DNA of 61,325 nucleotides, the filler included. It is 4 parts of 4 records of this genome, joined end to end, with 100 filler letters (N's around TTAATTAATTAA, not from the genome) between each part and the next. Parts side by side here need not be neighbours in the genome. Positions count along the whole stretch, not along the records: positions 14,540 to 25,214 come from DRR723986_4970; positions 25,315 to 51,627 come from DRR723986_4975; 2 more parts are not named here. One strand, 5' to 3'. Positions within the stretch are counted from its first letter, which is position 1. Each line of letters starts with the position of its first letter. The notes below the pieces were generated by a model, which was not told where the DNA came from, made no database searches, and saw only the letters and a program-made list of their open reading frames with translations. A program made the position numbers and the translations under genes. This document shows, in pieces, positions 19,089 through 29,361 of this stretch.

Positions 19089-20018
19089 TCAGATAGCACT
19101 TTCCAGCTCAGGCAAGGCGTCAAACAAGTCTGCAACCAGACCGTAATCAGCAACCTGGAAGATAGGAGCATCTTCGTCTTTGTTGATAGCAACAATGACT
19201 TTTGAGTCCTTCATACCAGCCAAATGCTGGATAGCACCAGAAATGCCGACAGCGATGTACAGCCCCGGTGCGACGATTTTACCCGTCTGACCTACTTGCA
19301 TATCGTTAGGTACGAAGCCCGCGTCAACAGCCGCGCGCGATGCACCAACTGCGGCACCAAGCTTGTCTGCCAGGGAGTACAGCATGCTGAAGTTGTCGCC
19401 ATTTTGCATACCGCGGCCACCAGAGACTACGATGTCTGCGGCAGTCAGGTCTGGACGATCGCTCTTAGCCAGCTCTTCTTTCTCGAAGCTGGACTTACCC
19501 GCATCGTGTGCGCTAGCAACCGCTTCTACGGCAGCAGAACCACCTTCTGCGGCAGCAGCATCGAACGCCGTTGCACGAACAGTGATGACTTTGATCGCGT
19601 CAGAAGACTGAACAGTGGCGATAACGTTACCGGCATAGATGGGGCGCTTGAAGGTATCCGCGCTCTCTACCGAAATGATCTCTGAAATTTGCGCAACATC
19701 CAGCAACGCGGCAGCACGCGGAAGCGTGTTCTTACCGTTAGTGGTCGCAGGAGCCAGGATGTAACCGTAGTCTTTGCCCAGTTCTGCGACCAACAGCGCC
19801 ACATTCTCAGCCAGCTGGTGGCCGTAGGCAGCGTTGTCTGCAACCAGCACCTTGCTAACGCCGTCGATTTTAGCCGCCGCTTCAGCCGCTGCACCACAGC
19901 CTTCACCCGCAACGAGTACGGCGATATCACCACCGATAGCTTTCGCTGCGCTGACTGTGTTCAGGGTTGCCCCATTGATAGAGGCGTTATCGTGTTCTGC
20001 AATAACTAGAATACTCAT
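19089..20018 (-). CDS. etfA: Electron transfer flavoprotein alpha subunit
   Basis: [42 protein letters not shown]. Confidence 0.97.
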   Translation of the reverse strand: MSILVIAEHDNASINGATLNTVSAAKAIGGDIAVLVAGEGCGAAAEAAAKIDGVSKVLVADNAAYGHQLAENVALLVAELGKDYGYILAPATTNGKNTLPRAAALLDVAQISEIISVESADTFKRPIYAGNVIATVQSSDAIKVITVRATAFDAAAAEGGSAAVEAVASAHDAGKSSFEKEELAKSDRPDLTAADIVVSGGRGMQNGDNFSMLYSLADKLGAAVGASRAAVDAGFVPNDMQVGQTGKIVAPGLYIAVGISGAIQHLAGMKDSKVIVAINKDEDAPIFQVADYGLVADLFDALPELESAI

Positions 20019-20767
20019 TAGATTACCTTCGCCTCGTTCTTCAGTTTCTCAACCAGTTCGGCAACGTCCGCAACCTTGATACCCGCTTGACGCTCTGCAG
20101 GCGGCTCAACCTTCAAGGTTTTCACACGTGGTGTAACATCGATACCCAGCTCGTCTGGCGTCAGTGTATCGAGAGGCTTCTTCTTCGCCTTCATGATGTT
20201 AGGCAGTGACGCGTAACGAGGCTCGTTCAAGCGCAGGTCAGTCGTTACGACTGCGGGCAATGCCAGCTTAACGGTTTGCAGACCGCCGTCAATTTCGCGA
20301 GTCACTGCAACACTGTCGCCGTCAACGGCAACTTCTGATGCGAAAGTACCCTGAGCCATTCCGGTCAATGCCGCCAGCATTTGGCCGGTTTGGTTGTTGT
20401 CGCCGTCGATCGCCTGCTTACCCATGATCACGAGTTGCGGCTGCTCTTTGTCAACAACGGCTTTGAGTACTTTAGCGATACCCAGTGGCTGAACGTCTTC
20501 TTCCGTTTCTACCAGGATGCCGCGATCAGCGCCCAGGGCCAACGCAGTACGTATCTGCTCTTGAGCCACTTTAGGACCGATTGAGACAGCGATGATTTCA
20601 GTAGCAACACCTTTCTCTTTCAGGCGTACCGCTTCTTCAACAGCGATTTCACAGAATGGATTGATCGCCATTTTGACATTATTCAGATCAACGTCTGTAC
20701 CGTCCGACTTCGGACGCACTTTGACGTTGTAGTCAACAACTCGTTTGACAGCAACAAGAACCTTCAT
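20018..20767 (-). CDS. etfB: Electron transfer flavoprotein beta subunit
   Basis: [64 protein letters not shown]. Confidence 0.97.
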   Translation of the reverse strand: MKVLVAVKRVVDYNVKVRPKSDGTDVDLNNVKMAINPFCEIAVEEAVRLKEKGVATEIIAVSIGPKVAQEQIRTALALGADRGILVETEEDVQPLGIAKVLKAVVDKEQPQLVIMGKQAIDGDNNQTGQMLAALTGMAQGTFASEVAVDGDSVAVTREIDGGLQTVKLALPAVVTTDLRLNEPRYASLPNIMKAKKKPLDTLTPDELGIDVTPRVKTLKVEPPAERQAGIKVADVAELVEKLKNEAKVI

Positions 20768-21168
20768 GGATTCCCCAGTAAACGCGTAAATGAAATGAAA
20801 CAGCTAGTCGTCTTTACGCTGCGGATCAATAATTCGATCCGTCCAGACGTTTAGCCCCGTTAAAAAAAGCGCCGTTATATTGACGGCATTGGCCGTCAAG
20901 GTCAACATGAGTGCGCTATTCAGCCGCTGAATAACAGGCATAGCGCAGTTCTATTTCGCTGAATATCGCCGAAAATACGATCTGCGCGGTCATTCCTGCC
21001 ATATAAAAAAGGACAACCCCGGGTAATACTGACGTTAAGTTTGACAGCCGAGCGGTGCTTATGTGGCGTTTTTACGTGCTGACACTTATACTTGCGCCTT
21101 CAAAAATGGTGTCAAAACGCCCAGCCAATAAGGGCTACACCTGTGCTTAATCTTAGAGGAGAGAGTCT

Positions 21169-22824
21169 GTGGAACGCGAATCAATGGAATTTGACGTCCT
21201 GATCGTCGGTGCTGGGCCTGCAGGTTTGGCAGCAGCTTGCAAAATTCGCCAGTTAAGTGAAACCAGCGGAAAAGACATCAGCGTTTGTGTTGTAGAAAAA
21301 GGTTCTGAGGTCGGCGCCCACATTCTATCTGGCGCAGTATTTGAACCCACCGCGCTGGACGAGCTATTCCCGGACTGGAAAGAAAAAGGCGCGCCGCTGC
21401 ACACGCCAGTGACTGGTGATGATATCTACTTCATGACCAGCGGTGAAAAAGCCATCAAAGTTCCCGACTTCGCTGTGCCCAAAACGATGCACAACGAAGG
21501 TAACTACATTATTAGCCTGGGCAACCTGTGCCGCTGGCTGGCCGAGCAGGCCGAAGGCATGGGTGCAGAGATCTACCCCGGCTTTGCCGCTGCTGATGTT
21601 CTGTACAATGACGACGGTAGTGTAAAAGGTATCGTCACTGGCGATATGGGCATTGCCGAAGATGGCAGCCAAAAAGACAGCTACATGCCCGGCATGGAGC
21701 TGCATGCAAAATACACCCTGTTTGCAGAAGGCTGCCGCGGTCACCTCGGCAAGCGATTGATGGAAAAATTCGACCTGAATGCGGGCAAAGAGCCCCAGCA
21801 TTACGGCATCGGCATTAAAGAACTTTGGAAAATCGATCCCGCCAAGCACGAACAAGGTAAGGTCGTTCATACTGCCGGCTGGCCACTCTCTGAAAATGGC
21901 GCCCTCGGTGGCTCTTTCCTCTACCACCTGGAAGACAACCAAGTCGCAATCGGCCTGATTACCGACCTCTGCTACGATAACCCGTGGCTGTCTCCCTTCG
22001 AGGAATTCCAACGCTATAAGCAACACCCCGTCGTCAAGCAGTACCTCGATGGCGGTGAGCGCGTGTCCTACGGCGCTCGGGCTATCGCAAAAGGCGGCCT
22101 CCAGTCTCTACCAAAAATGACCTTCCCAGGTGGTCTGCTGATTGGCTGTGACGCGGGCACGCTGAACTTTGCCAAGATCAAAGGTAGCCACACCGCGATG
22201 AAGTCCGGTTTGCTGGCCGCAGAAGTTGTCCACAAGGCGCTGACTGAAGACAATAAATCCGGTGAAGAACTCACCGAATACACCACTGCTTTTGAAGGCT
22301 CCTGGCTGTATAAAGAGCTGTACGCTCAGCGCAACTTTGGCCCAGCTCAGCACAAGTTCGGCAACTTCTTCGGCTCAGCCTATGCCTTTATCGATCAGAA
22401 TATCTTTGGCGGCAACCTGCCTTGGACGCTGAGCGATACCAAGCCTGATTACGCGCAAATGAAGCCTGCAGACAGCTGCAAAAAGATTGAGTACCCCAAG
22501 CCTGATAACAAGCTGAGCTTTGACCGCTTGTCGTCAGTATTCCTCTCTAACACTAACCACGAAGAAGATCAGCCCTGCCACCTGACGCTGAAGGACGCCG
22601 AGCTGCCTATTCGTGACAACCTGCCCAAGTACGCCGAGCCCGCTCAGCGTTACTGCCCAGCAGGGGTGTATGAGGTGGTCGAAGACGAAGGTGGCCAAGC
22701 GCGCTTCCAAATCAACGGGCAAAACTGCGTGCACTGCAAGACCTGTGACATTAAGGACCCCGCCCAGAATATTGTGTGGGTGACTCCTGAAGGTTTGGGC
22801 GGACCGAACTATCCCAACATGTAG
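21169..22824 (+). CDS. ETF-ubiquinone oxidoreductase
   Basis: GAGPAG FAD motif, EKGSEVGAHILSGA, C-terminal YCPAGVYE...NCVHCKTCDIKDP 4Fe-4S. Divergent from etfBA. Confidence 0.96.
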   Translation: MERESMEFDVLIVGAGPAGLAAACKIRQLSETSGKDISVCVVEKGSEVGAHILSGAVFEPTALDELFPDWKEKGAPLHTPVTGDDIYFMTSGEKAIKVPDFAVPKTMHNEGNYIISLGNLCRWLAEQAEGMGAEIYPGFAAADVLYNDDGSVKGIVTGDMGIAEDGSQKDSYMPGMELHAKYTLFAEGCRGHLGKRLMEKFDLNAGKEPQHYGIGIKELWKIDPAKHEQGKVVHTAGWPLSENGALGGSFLYHLEDNQVAIGLITDLCYDNPWLSPFEEFQRYKQHPVVKQYLDGGERVSYGARAIAKGGLQSLPKMTFPGGLLIGCDAGTLNFAKIKGSHTAMKSGLLAAEVVHKALTEDNKSGEELTEYTTAFEGSWLYKELYAQRNFGPAQHKFGNFFGSAYAFIDQNIFGGNLPWTLSDTKPDYAQMKPADSCKKIEYPKPDNKLSFDRLSSVFLSNTNHEEDQPCHLTLKDAELPIRDNLPKYAEPAQRYCPAGVYEVVEDEGGQARFQINGQNCVHCKTCDIKDPAQNIVWVTPEGLGGPNYPNM

Positions 22825-22839
22825 TTAAGACGCTCCAAC

Positions 22840-22869
22840 AAAAAAGGCAGCCAGATGGCTGCCTTTTTT
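22840..22869. terminator. Bidirectional intrinsic terminator
   Basis: AAAAAAGGCAGCCA-GA-TGGCTGCCTTTTTT between convergent genes. Confidence 0.85.
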
Positions 22870-22900
22870 GGTTTTCATCTCCCCAAATGTCTGGGGTTAC

Positions 22901-23443
22901 TTACACACGCCCTAGCTCAAATTGCTCACCAGCGCTGCGAACAATGAGTCGATCGCCATGCTGCTCAGCCAGATCTACCAGGCGGTAAAAACAGGCGCGA
23001 TTCACTCTTGCTGACAAGCCGTGCTCGAGAGAAACGGCCGGCCTCGGCTCCCCCGAATCAGGTGACTCGGTCACACTGAGCCGATGCTGAGGACCGAGCT
23101 CGTGCCATGTATCGACGTTAGTTTTAACGGCAATTCTACGCCCTTCCGACGTTGATTCGCCTACTTCCATGTCAACGATCAGCAGCGGGAGGTCTTCAAC
23201 CTGTAAGCGCCATTTCTCGACCGGAGTGACTAAATAATAGTGACCATCCGCTTCGCACCGCAAAATAGAGGCAAATAGCTTAACCAACTCATGGCGCTTG
23301 ATTTCGCCACCTTCGTGAATCCAACGCCCGTCAGCCAAAATCTGAATATCGATTTCGCCGCTCAGCGCCGGCTGCCACTTTTCAATCGGCGGTCTGCCGG
23401 CCTGGTCTTTCAATAAGCGTTCAATGGTTTCAAGGCTACTCAT
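22901..23443 (-). CDS. DUF1285-family protein
   Basis: PPIEKWQP..SGEIDIQI..DGRW.HEG..I.R..LVKLFASIL, YYLVTPVEKW...VED.P. Confidence 0.85.
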   Translation of the reverse strand: MSSLETIERLLKDQAGRPPIEKWQPALSGEIDIQILADGRWIHEGGEIKRHELVKLFASILRCEADGHYYLVTPVEKWRLQVEDLPLLIVDMEVGESTSEGRRIAVKTNVDTWHELGPQHRLSVTESPDSGEPRPAVSLEHGLSARVNRACFYRLVDLAEQHGDRLIVRSAGEQFELGRV

Positions 23444-23477
23444 GGGGCTCTCCCTAGGGTCGCCAAGTGAGCTGCAC

Positions 23478-24653
23478 TCAGCGAATGACTCGCACGTTAA
23501 CCACACCGTCTAGGTCAGCAATTTTTGCAAGCAATGCGTCGTCGACATTGCCGTTTAAGTCGATAAGGTTATAGGCAATTTCATCGCGGCTTTTGTTAAG
23601 CATATCAACGATATTCACGTTTGCATCGGATAACAGCGCCAAGATGCTGCCAAGAATTTTCGGCACATTGCGATTGGCCACGGCCAGGCGCACATCACCA
23701 CTGCGCTCAAGCTGCAGATTCGGAAAGTTTACCGAATTCTTGATGTTCCCGTTACGCAGGAAATCATCTAACTGATCAGCCGCCATGATCGCGCAATTTT
23801 CTTCGGCCTCATCGGTGCTGGCACCGATATGCGGCATCAGCACCACATCCTCATCACGCGCAATCAATTCCGGCGTTGGAAAGTCCGTGATGAAGCGACG
23901 TAGCTGCCCGGCATCCAGCGCATCGATTACCGCAGCAACATCGACAATCTCTTCACGTGCGAAATTCAGCAAGCACGTGCCTGGGCGACAATTACTCAGA
24001 AGCTCGGCGTTCACCAGCCCTCGCGTTGCATCGAGTACCGGGAGATGGAGGGTGATGTAATCGGCACGCGCAAACAAGCTGCCCAGGTTCTCCATTTTTT
24101 TCACCGCGCTTGGCAAACGCCATGCCGCATCGACTGACAGCGCGGGGTCGTAACCAATGACCTTCATGCCCAGGTCAAGCGCGGCTCTGGCGATCATCGA
24201 GCCAATAGCCCCCAGGCCAACAATACCCAGGGTGCGACCCGCCAGCTCATTTCCCTTAAAGCGTTTCTTTTCCTTTTCTAATAATTTGGCAAGGGCGGCG
24301 CCGTCTTTCATGTCGCCTAGCGTATTCACGTAGGCAATTCCCTCGAGAATACCGCGCGAACCCAACGTCAAGCCCGCTATGACCAGCTCCTTTACCGCGT
24401 TGGCATTAGCACCCGGGCTATTAAATACCGGGATACCCCGGTCTGTGCACTCTGCGACGGGCACGTTGTTAGTGCCAGCCCCTGCGCGAGCGATGGCTTT
24501 GACCGATTGCGGAATATCCGCGCCCTGCAATTTGTGGCTGCGCAGCAAAATGGCGTCGGGTGAGCTAAATTCGCTGGCGATCTCATATTGTTCGCGAGGC
24601 AGGCGCTCGAGGCCTTTCACAGAGATTTGGTTCAGGGTAAGAATTTTGTACAC
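23478..24653 (-). CDS. serA: D-3-phosphoglycerate dehydrogenase with C-terminal ACT domain
   Basis: RAGAGTNN, PGANANAVKE, GLGAIG, PHIGAST.EAEENCA. GTG 24653 has a GGAGG RBS. Confidence 0.88.
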   Translation of the reverse strand: MYKILTLNQISVKGLERLPREQYEIASEFSSPDAILLRSHKLQGADIPQSVKAIARAGAGTNNVPVAECTDRGIPVFNSPGANANAVKELVIAGLTLGSRGILEGIAYVNTLGDMKDGAALAKLLEKEKKRFKGNELAGRTLGIVGLGAIGSMIARAALDLGMKVIGYDPALSVDAAWRLPSAVKKMENLGSLFARADYITLHLPVLDATRGLVNAELLSNCRPGTCLLNFAREEIVDVAAVIDALDAGQLRRFITDFPTPELIARDEDVVLMPHIGASTDEAEENCAIMAADQLDDFLRNGNIKNSVNFPNLQLERSGDVRLAVANRNVPKILGSILALLSDANVNIVDMLNKSRDEIAYNLIDLNGNVDDALLAKIADLDGVVNVRVIR

Positions 24654-24690
24654 ACATCCTCCTTGGCAGGGACTGCAGCAGAAACCAAGC

Positions 24691-25214
24691 CTATGATTTA
24701 GCCGCAGGTAGTAATTCAGCGAGTTGACCGAGCTCGGACATTTCAACGAGAGGCAAGCAATGGAACGCTTTGATATCAGCTATTTTTCCGGCCACAGCGA
24801 TAGCAGCCGTAAAATCTTCATCTTGAGCAAGTAAGCGCAATTCCCAACGCTCGGCGTCATCGGCGTCAAAGCGGCTTACGTCCAAACCATCGAGTAGTAC
24901 CGAAAAATCGTGCAGCGGAATCGACAAGCCTTTACCGCGCGCTTTCAAATACGCCTCTTTCAATGTCCAGGAGCGAAAGAAAACACTTAGCCGCCCTTCT
25001 TCCTCAACTTCGCGCAATGCAAGCATTTCCGCGGGAGAAAGATAATCATCAGCAGCGTCCAGCATTCCCTGGCTATCGGTTTGGAATTCGACGTCCACGC
25101 CAATATCACAGCCACTGGTCACTGCACAAAGCGTTAAGCCGTGGGTGTGGGCGGCATTAAAGCTAACGCTATCGCTGTACGCTGGTAGAAAAGGTTTACC
25201 GAAGTCGTTGCTGT
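24691..25214 (-). CDS. Sfp-type 4'-phosphopantetheinyl transferase (5' truncated)
   Basis: GKPFL...SFNAAHT, IGVDVE, WTLKEAYLKARGKGLS. The frame is open to the contig edge. Confidence 0.88.
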
Positions 25215-25314
25215 NNNNNNNNNNNNNNNNNNNNNNNNNNNNNNNNNNNNNNNNNNNNTTAATTAATTAANNNNNNNNNNNNNNNNNNNNNNNNNNNNNN
25301 NNNNNNNNNNNNNN
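25215..25314. other. Artificial contig spacer
   Basis: N44-TTAATTAATTAA-N44. Confidence 0.99.
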
Positions 25315-25316
25315 AA

Positions 25317-26054
25317 TCGGCGATCAAAATCCTGAACAAAGCCATCACCATCCAATATTTGGTCTTTGTCAGCGAATTCATAGGCACAGAAAGCGGCATT
25401 ACTGTTGCGAGCAATATAAAAGACGCCGTTGGTGAAGCAGAAATAGACTTGGTCCTTATGGCTTATAACCCCCAAGCTTGCGACGTGTCGGTATTGCAAA
25501 ACTTGGAAGTGGCCAGCCTGTTGCCCCGGCCTGTTGCTTTAGGAACTCTGCGCCAATTGGCTAAAGACTTATATGACGCCACAACTTCATCCCATGACCT
25601 GCTTTCCGGGCAAGAGCAAAATGCAGAAACAAAGAAAAACTATAAACTGCTTGAAGATATGTCTATTTTGATTGTCGAAGACAATCCAGTTAGTCTCAAT
25701 TTACTGAACAAAATTATATCCAGATGGCGCTGCCGAGTTACCAGTGCAACAGACGGCGACGAGGCAGTGAGCGCAGCAGAAAATGACACTTTTGACTGTA
25801 TATTGATGGATTATCACATGCCGCGCATGAACGGCGCCCTTGCAACGGAAAAAGTCCGGGAACTAGGCCTTCATATGCCTATCATTGTATTAAGCGCAGC
25901 TTCGGACCAAAAAGACATAGACGAGTGCATGAATGCAGGTGCAACGGCTTTTATACCCAAACCCATCGCAACACCAATTTTGAAGAAAAAGATTTTACAA
26001 GCCGTTGCAAACCATTATGACAGCCAAACTGACTCGCAGAGCACAAAAAACTAA
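25317..26054 (+). CDS. Receiver-domain protein, probably the C-terminus of a hybrid sensor kinase (5' truncated)
   Basis: ILIVEDN, ILMDYHMPRMNG, SA, FIPKP receiver motifs. The frame is open to the contig start. Confidence 0.8.
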   Translation, partial: SAIKILNKAITIQYLVFVSEFIGTESGITVASNIKDAVGEAEIDLVLMAYNPQACDVSVLQNLEVASLLPRPVALGTLRQLAKDLYDATTSSHDLLSGQEQNAETKKNYKLLEDMSILIVEDNPVSLNLLNKIISRWRCRVTSATDGDEAVSAAENDTFDCILMDYHMPRMNGALATEKVRELGLHMPIIVLSAASDQKDIDECMNAGATAFIPKPIATPILKKKILQAVANHYDSQTDSQSTKN

Positions 26055-26130
26055 GTATAGCTTACCGTGCATAAACTTCAGTAGGCTTCGCCCCTACCGA
26101 GAAAGTTATATATAATCATATTGAAAAAGA

Positions 26131-26155
26131 TGGCTGGGGCGGCAGGATTCGAACC
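26131..26155 (-). mobile_element. Attachment-site remnant: 3' 25 nt of a tRNA (probably tRNA-Gln)
   Basis: Reverse complement GGTTCGAATCCTGCCGCCCCAGCCA gives a T-loop, acceptor 3' strand and CCA. The rest of the tRNA is replaced by AT-rich DNA. Confidence 0.8.
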
Positions 26156-26228
26156 AAAAATTAAATTTCTTTTAACTACTTGTATTATATCACTTAATTT
26201 AGTTCACCTTTTCCCCTGATTATCATTT

Positions 26229-26273
26229 TGTAATAAACTATGTAATAAAAACTGTACCACAAATTGTAATAAA
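26229..26273 (+). repeat. Four 12-bp-phased direct repeats (TGTAATAAA x3 plus degenerate TGTACCACA)
   Basis: Starts at 26229, 26241, 26253 and 26265, about 75 bp inside the tRNA fragment. Confidence 0.8.
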
Positions 26274-26555
26274 TTCAAATAGTACTGACCATGCAAACTC
26301 GTATTGCAATGGCCATTCAGTAAACCGGTTGGGGTTTGATAATTCAGATATAATCAGAACCAGCTTGCGAGACCTTCCCTAAAGCGGCCGTTCATTGGTA
26401 GCGGCACCATTTCCGCTTCCGGTCCAAACGCGGTCCTCTAACGATAACTTGATTACTACCTGCTCTTCGCCATAAACGGACGAACTTCGAAGCTATTTAG
26501 GCCAACACTTGATTGATGCCTTCAATCTGGCGCTTCAAACCACTTTCAATTATTT

Positions 26556-27530
26556 TTAAGGTGATTGTGGCCCAAAAAACTGTACCAGAATATTCCCGAT
26601 CAGTTCAGGCTGCTCTTGAATGATCCAATGTGTTCCCTCACTTAGTTCTTTCACTTGACCGTTCTCGAGAAATTTTGCACTGTGTCTTGCCAAACTTATG
26701 GGGCTGAAAGCATCATCAGGCGCTATTATTGACAGTGTCGGCACCCTTACGCGCGCTTCCCCCACATTCATATCAAAGTCAGAGTTGGCACGGTACCAGG
26801 CCCCCATGCTGTGGATGGCACCATCATTGTCCCATGCCGCCCTATACTGGTCCATGTCAGCATCAGAGAACGTGTTAGGCATGGAGGTTCCACGCAGATT
26901 TTTTACCAGCAAGCCCCAATTTCCCAAACGACCAACATAACCTGGCAAGCCCGGAATTTTGAGGAATGTACGGTACCAGCTGATGGACTCCTCTTCAGCA
27001 ATATACCCCTTACTGGCATAGGGGTGCGGCTTGTTGATGATGGCAAATTTCGCGATCCTGTCGGGATGTAAAAGGACAGTCCACCAGGAAACTTGCCCGC
27101 CAAAATCATGGCCTGCAAGGCTGACCTTTTGGTAGCCAAGCGCATCAGCAAGGCCCACCACGTCGCCTGCCAGTTTATCAAGATTATAGGCGTCAACGTC
27201 TGAAGGTTTGTCTGACTTATTGTAGCCCCGTTGGTCGGGCACAATGACCCGAAAACCAGCCCTAGCCAGTACCGTCATTGGCCCGCGCCACGCGTACCAG
27301 AATTCAGGATAGCCGTGTAGCAGGATCACCGGATTTCCGTCTGCAGGGCCCGCCATGACAACATGAAGAGAAACATCGCCAACCGAGACCATGCGGCTTT
27401 CAAGTGTGACACCATATTGCTTTTCGGCTGCAGCCACGGCGTCCCGCTGGGGCTGATTGCCTGAAATTTGCCCACCAATAGCAGCTAAAACGATCAATGT
27501 AACAACGATAAAGCCTGTTTTTTTCTTCAT
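26556..27530 (-). CDS. Alpha/beta-fold epoxide hydrolase-like protein with N-terminal signal/anchor
   Basis: HGYPE, PDQRGYNKSDKP, GHDFGG (Asp nucleophile), lid tyrosines SWY and WYRA, GTHW catalytic His. Confidence 0.85.
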   Translation of the reverse strand: MKKKTGFIVVTLIVLAAIGGQISGNQPQRDAVAAAEKQYGVTLESRMVSVGDVSLHVVMAGPADGNPVILLHGYPEFWYAWRGPMTVLARAGFRVIVPDQRGYNKSDKPSDVDAYNLDKLAGDVVGLADALGYQKVSLAGHDFGGQVSWWTVLLHPDRIAKFAIINKPHPYASKGYIAEEESISWYRTFLKIPGLPGYVGRLGNWGLLVKNLRGTSMPNTFSDADMDQYRAAWDNDGAIHSMGAWYRANSDFDMNVGEARVRVPTLSIIAPDDAFSPISLARHSAKFLENGQVKELSEGTHWIIQEQPELIGNILVQFFGPQSP

Positions 27531-27608
27531 GCTACTGTCCTGTTAAACTACCATTTTTCTATGGCAATCGCGCGCTCGGTAATTGCGCGCCGGGTAATTA
27601 CAACGGGC

Positions 27609-28490
27609 CTATTCGGCTGGCTTGCGGGCGGCGTATTCAACTTTTTCTTGTGGTTTGAAAGGCTGAACAAGCTGGCGCAAGTAACTGGTTGGATAGTTTG
27701 GCTGCGCCGCAATACCCAGATCCCCGGAGCTGATAACACGGTTTTCATCATAATAGGCCGTACCGAGAAGATAATCGGTAAAAGTAGTGAATAAACCAAA
27801 ATTGACGTCGCCTTCCTCCCCGGTTTTAAGATGATGAAAACGGTGCAGTACATTGACGACAAGGACCCGTTTTAACGGACCGACAAAATAGGCAACGTTG
27901 GAATGCTGCAAGAGAAGCTGTAGCAAAACCGCAACCACAAACAGCAATAACACTTCCTGAGGGATACCCATTAACAGTAGCGGTGCAGTGCCGCCAAGTG
28001 TTTCAAGAAGCTGGTGTAACGGATGTTTCATCAGGCCGTTAAAGCCATACATGCGCTTGATACTGTGGTGGACCGCGTGCAGGCGCCACAGCGCATCAAT
28101 GCGGTGACTGGCATAATGAACGAGTGTGATGCCAATGTCTGCAATGAAGATCGCCATCAACAGCTGTAGCACCAACGGGAGCTCGGTTGGCCAGATCGAT
28201 GGAATAGTTACCAGCCCGGCCAAAACTGGAACCAGAGCAACCCCGATCACGCTTGATGCTTCATTGAAAAGCGCGTGATAGAAATCTCTGGCCCGGTCTC
28301 CGTGCGGCTTGTTGAAGGCTGTGTCGAAGGGAACAGCGCGCTCCAACAGGAACGCCAGAGCGATGAAGGTCAAAACAAGGGCGGCAAGCCACAATTTTGA
28401 GTAACCAGCTTCAACGATAAAAAGGGCTAGTCCGTTTCCACCAATCAGAAACAATGGTAAATAGAAAAGCCGTACAAGGAATCTAAACAT
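27609..28490 (-). CDS. Sterol desaturase/fatty acid hydroxylase-family membrane di-iron enzyme
   Basis: His boxes HYASH, HAVHH, QHSN, HRFHH. ATG 28490 has a GGAG RBS. Confidence 0.88.
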   Translation of the reverse strand: MFRFLVRLFYLPLFLIGGNGLALFIVEAGYSKLWLAALVLTFIALAFLLERAVPFDTAFNKPHGDRARDFYHALFNEASSVIGVALVPVLAGLVTIPSIWPTELPLVLQLLMAIFIADIGITLVHYASHRIDALWRLHAVHHSIKRMYGFNGLMKHPLHQLLETLGGTAPLLLMGIPQEVLLLFVVAVLLQLLLQHSNVAYFVGPLKRVLVVNVLHRFHHLKTGEEGDVNFGLFTTFTDYLLGTAYYDENRVISSGDLGIAAQPNYPTSYLRQLVQPFKPQEKVEYAARKPAE

Positions 28491-28587
28491 ATCAAAATCT
28501 CCATATAGCGCTATTGGACAGTCCAAAAGCAGCAATGTCCTGCAGTATAGATACGGTGGACTGGAAACTGATGCTTGAACGTAGCGG

Positions 28588-29361
28588 CTACAGCCCGTTT
28601 TTTCTCGTTGTAAAGTGCGCATTTCTATTAAGATCAGCTGGAGAAAGACCAAAGGTGCGCCTGAAGGTACGTGAAAGATGGGCAGAATCGGCAAACCCGG
28701 CAGCATGAGCTGCGCTGGTGAGAGAACTATTCGTCGCAAGGCTTTGGATAGCCCGTTGCAGTTTAGACCAGAGCAAATAACTTTTAAGCGACATGCCAAC
28801 CTGGGCGCTGAACAGGTGGCGGAACCGACTTGCAGACAGCCCAGTGCTCTTAGTTACTTGACCAAGGCGTATGTTGAGGTCTTCGGCGGCCTCAATTTCC
28901 GCTAGAGTTTGACTGATACGCGGATCAATCGGGGAAAACGCTTCGCCGCCTGTTCCTTTTGGCCAAATAAGATTGGCCAATTGTAGCCCAAAGTTGCTGT
29001 CTCTCTTTTTTATATCAATATTAAGGGCCGATTGAATGCTTTCCATTTGAGCTTTCGGCAATTTCACTATTACCATCTGGTCGACACTTAGTCGGGCAGT
29101 GTTTTTTCGGATCAGGTTGGGCTCTATATAGAGCAATTGAGCAGTTGGACTTGGGCTTGACAGACGGTGACTGACATTGGAGCCGACAATTAATATATCA
29201 TCGACGACTTGGTTTTCCGCGTGGGTTTCAATATGAAGCGGACCGCTGAACGGAAAGCAAATTTGCACAGCATAATGTTGATGAAATTCGGTATCGCCGA
29301 CGGGGCCATTATAATAGACCCATCCTAACCCGACGGTTAAATCCCCTCCCCACTTCTTCAT
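28588..29361 (-). CDS. AraC-family transcriptional regulator
   Basis: HQHYAVQI cupin; LSASRFRHLF, AAHAAGFADSAHLSRTFRRTFGLSP. Confidence 0.92.
   Translation of the reverse strand: MKKWGGDLTVGLGWVYYNGPVGDTEFHQHYAVQICFPFSGPLHIETHAENQVVDDILIVGSNVSHRLSSPSPTAQLLYIEPNLIRKNTARLSVDQMVIVKLPKAQMESIQSALNIDIKKRDSNFGLQLANLIWPKGTGGEAFSPIDPRISQTLAEIEAAEDLNIRLGQVTKSTGLSASRFRHLFSAQVGMSLKSYLLWSKLQRAIQSLATNSSLTSAAHAAGFADSAHLSRTFRRTFGLSPADLNRNAHFTTRKNGL

Noticed and set aside
24691-25214. NRPS/PKS cluster implied by the Sfp-type PPTase
   Set aside because: The gene is at the contig edge beside serA; no carrier-protein or synthase genes are visible.
26131-26155. Intact tRNA gene
   Set aside because: Only the T-loop and acceptor 3' strand are present; there is no D or anticodon arm.
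26229-26485. CRISPR array
   Set aside because: The repeats are 9 bp or highly degenerate, lack a repeat-spacer structure, and no cas genes are present.
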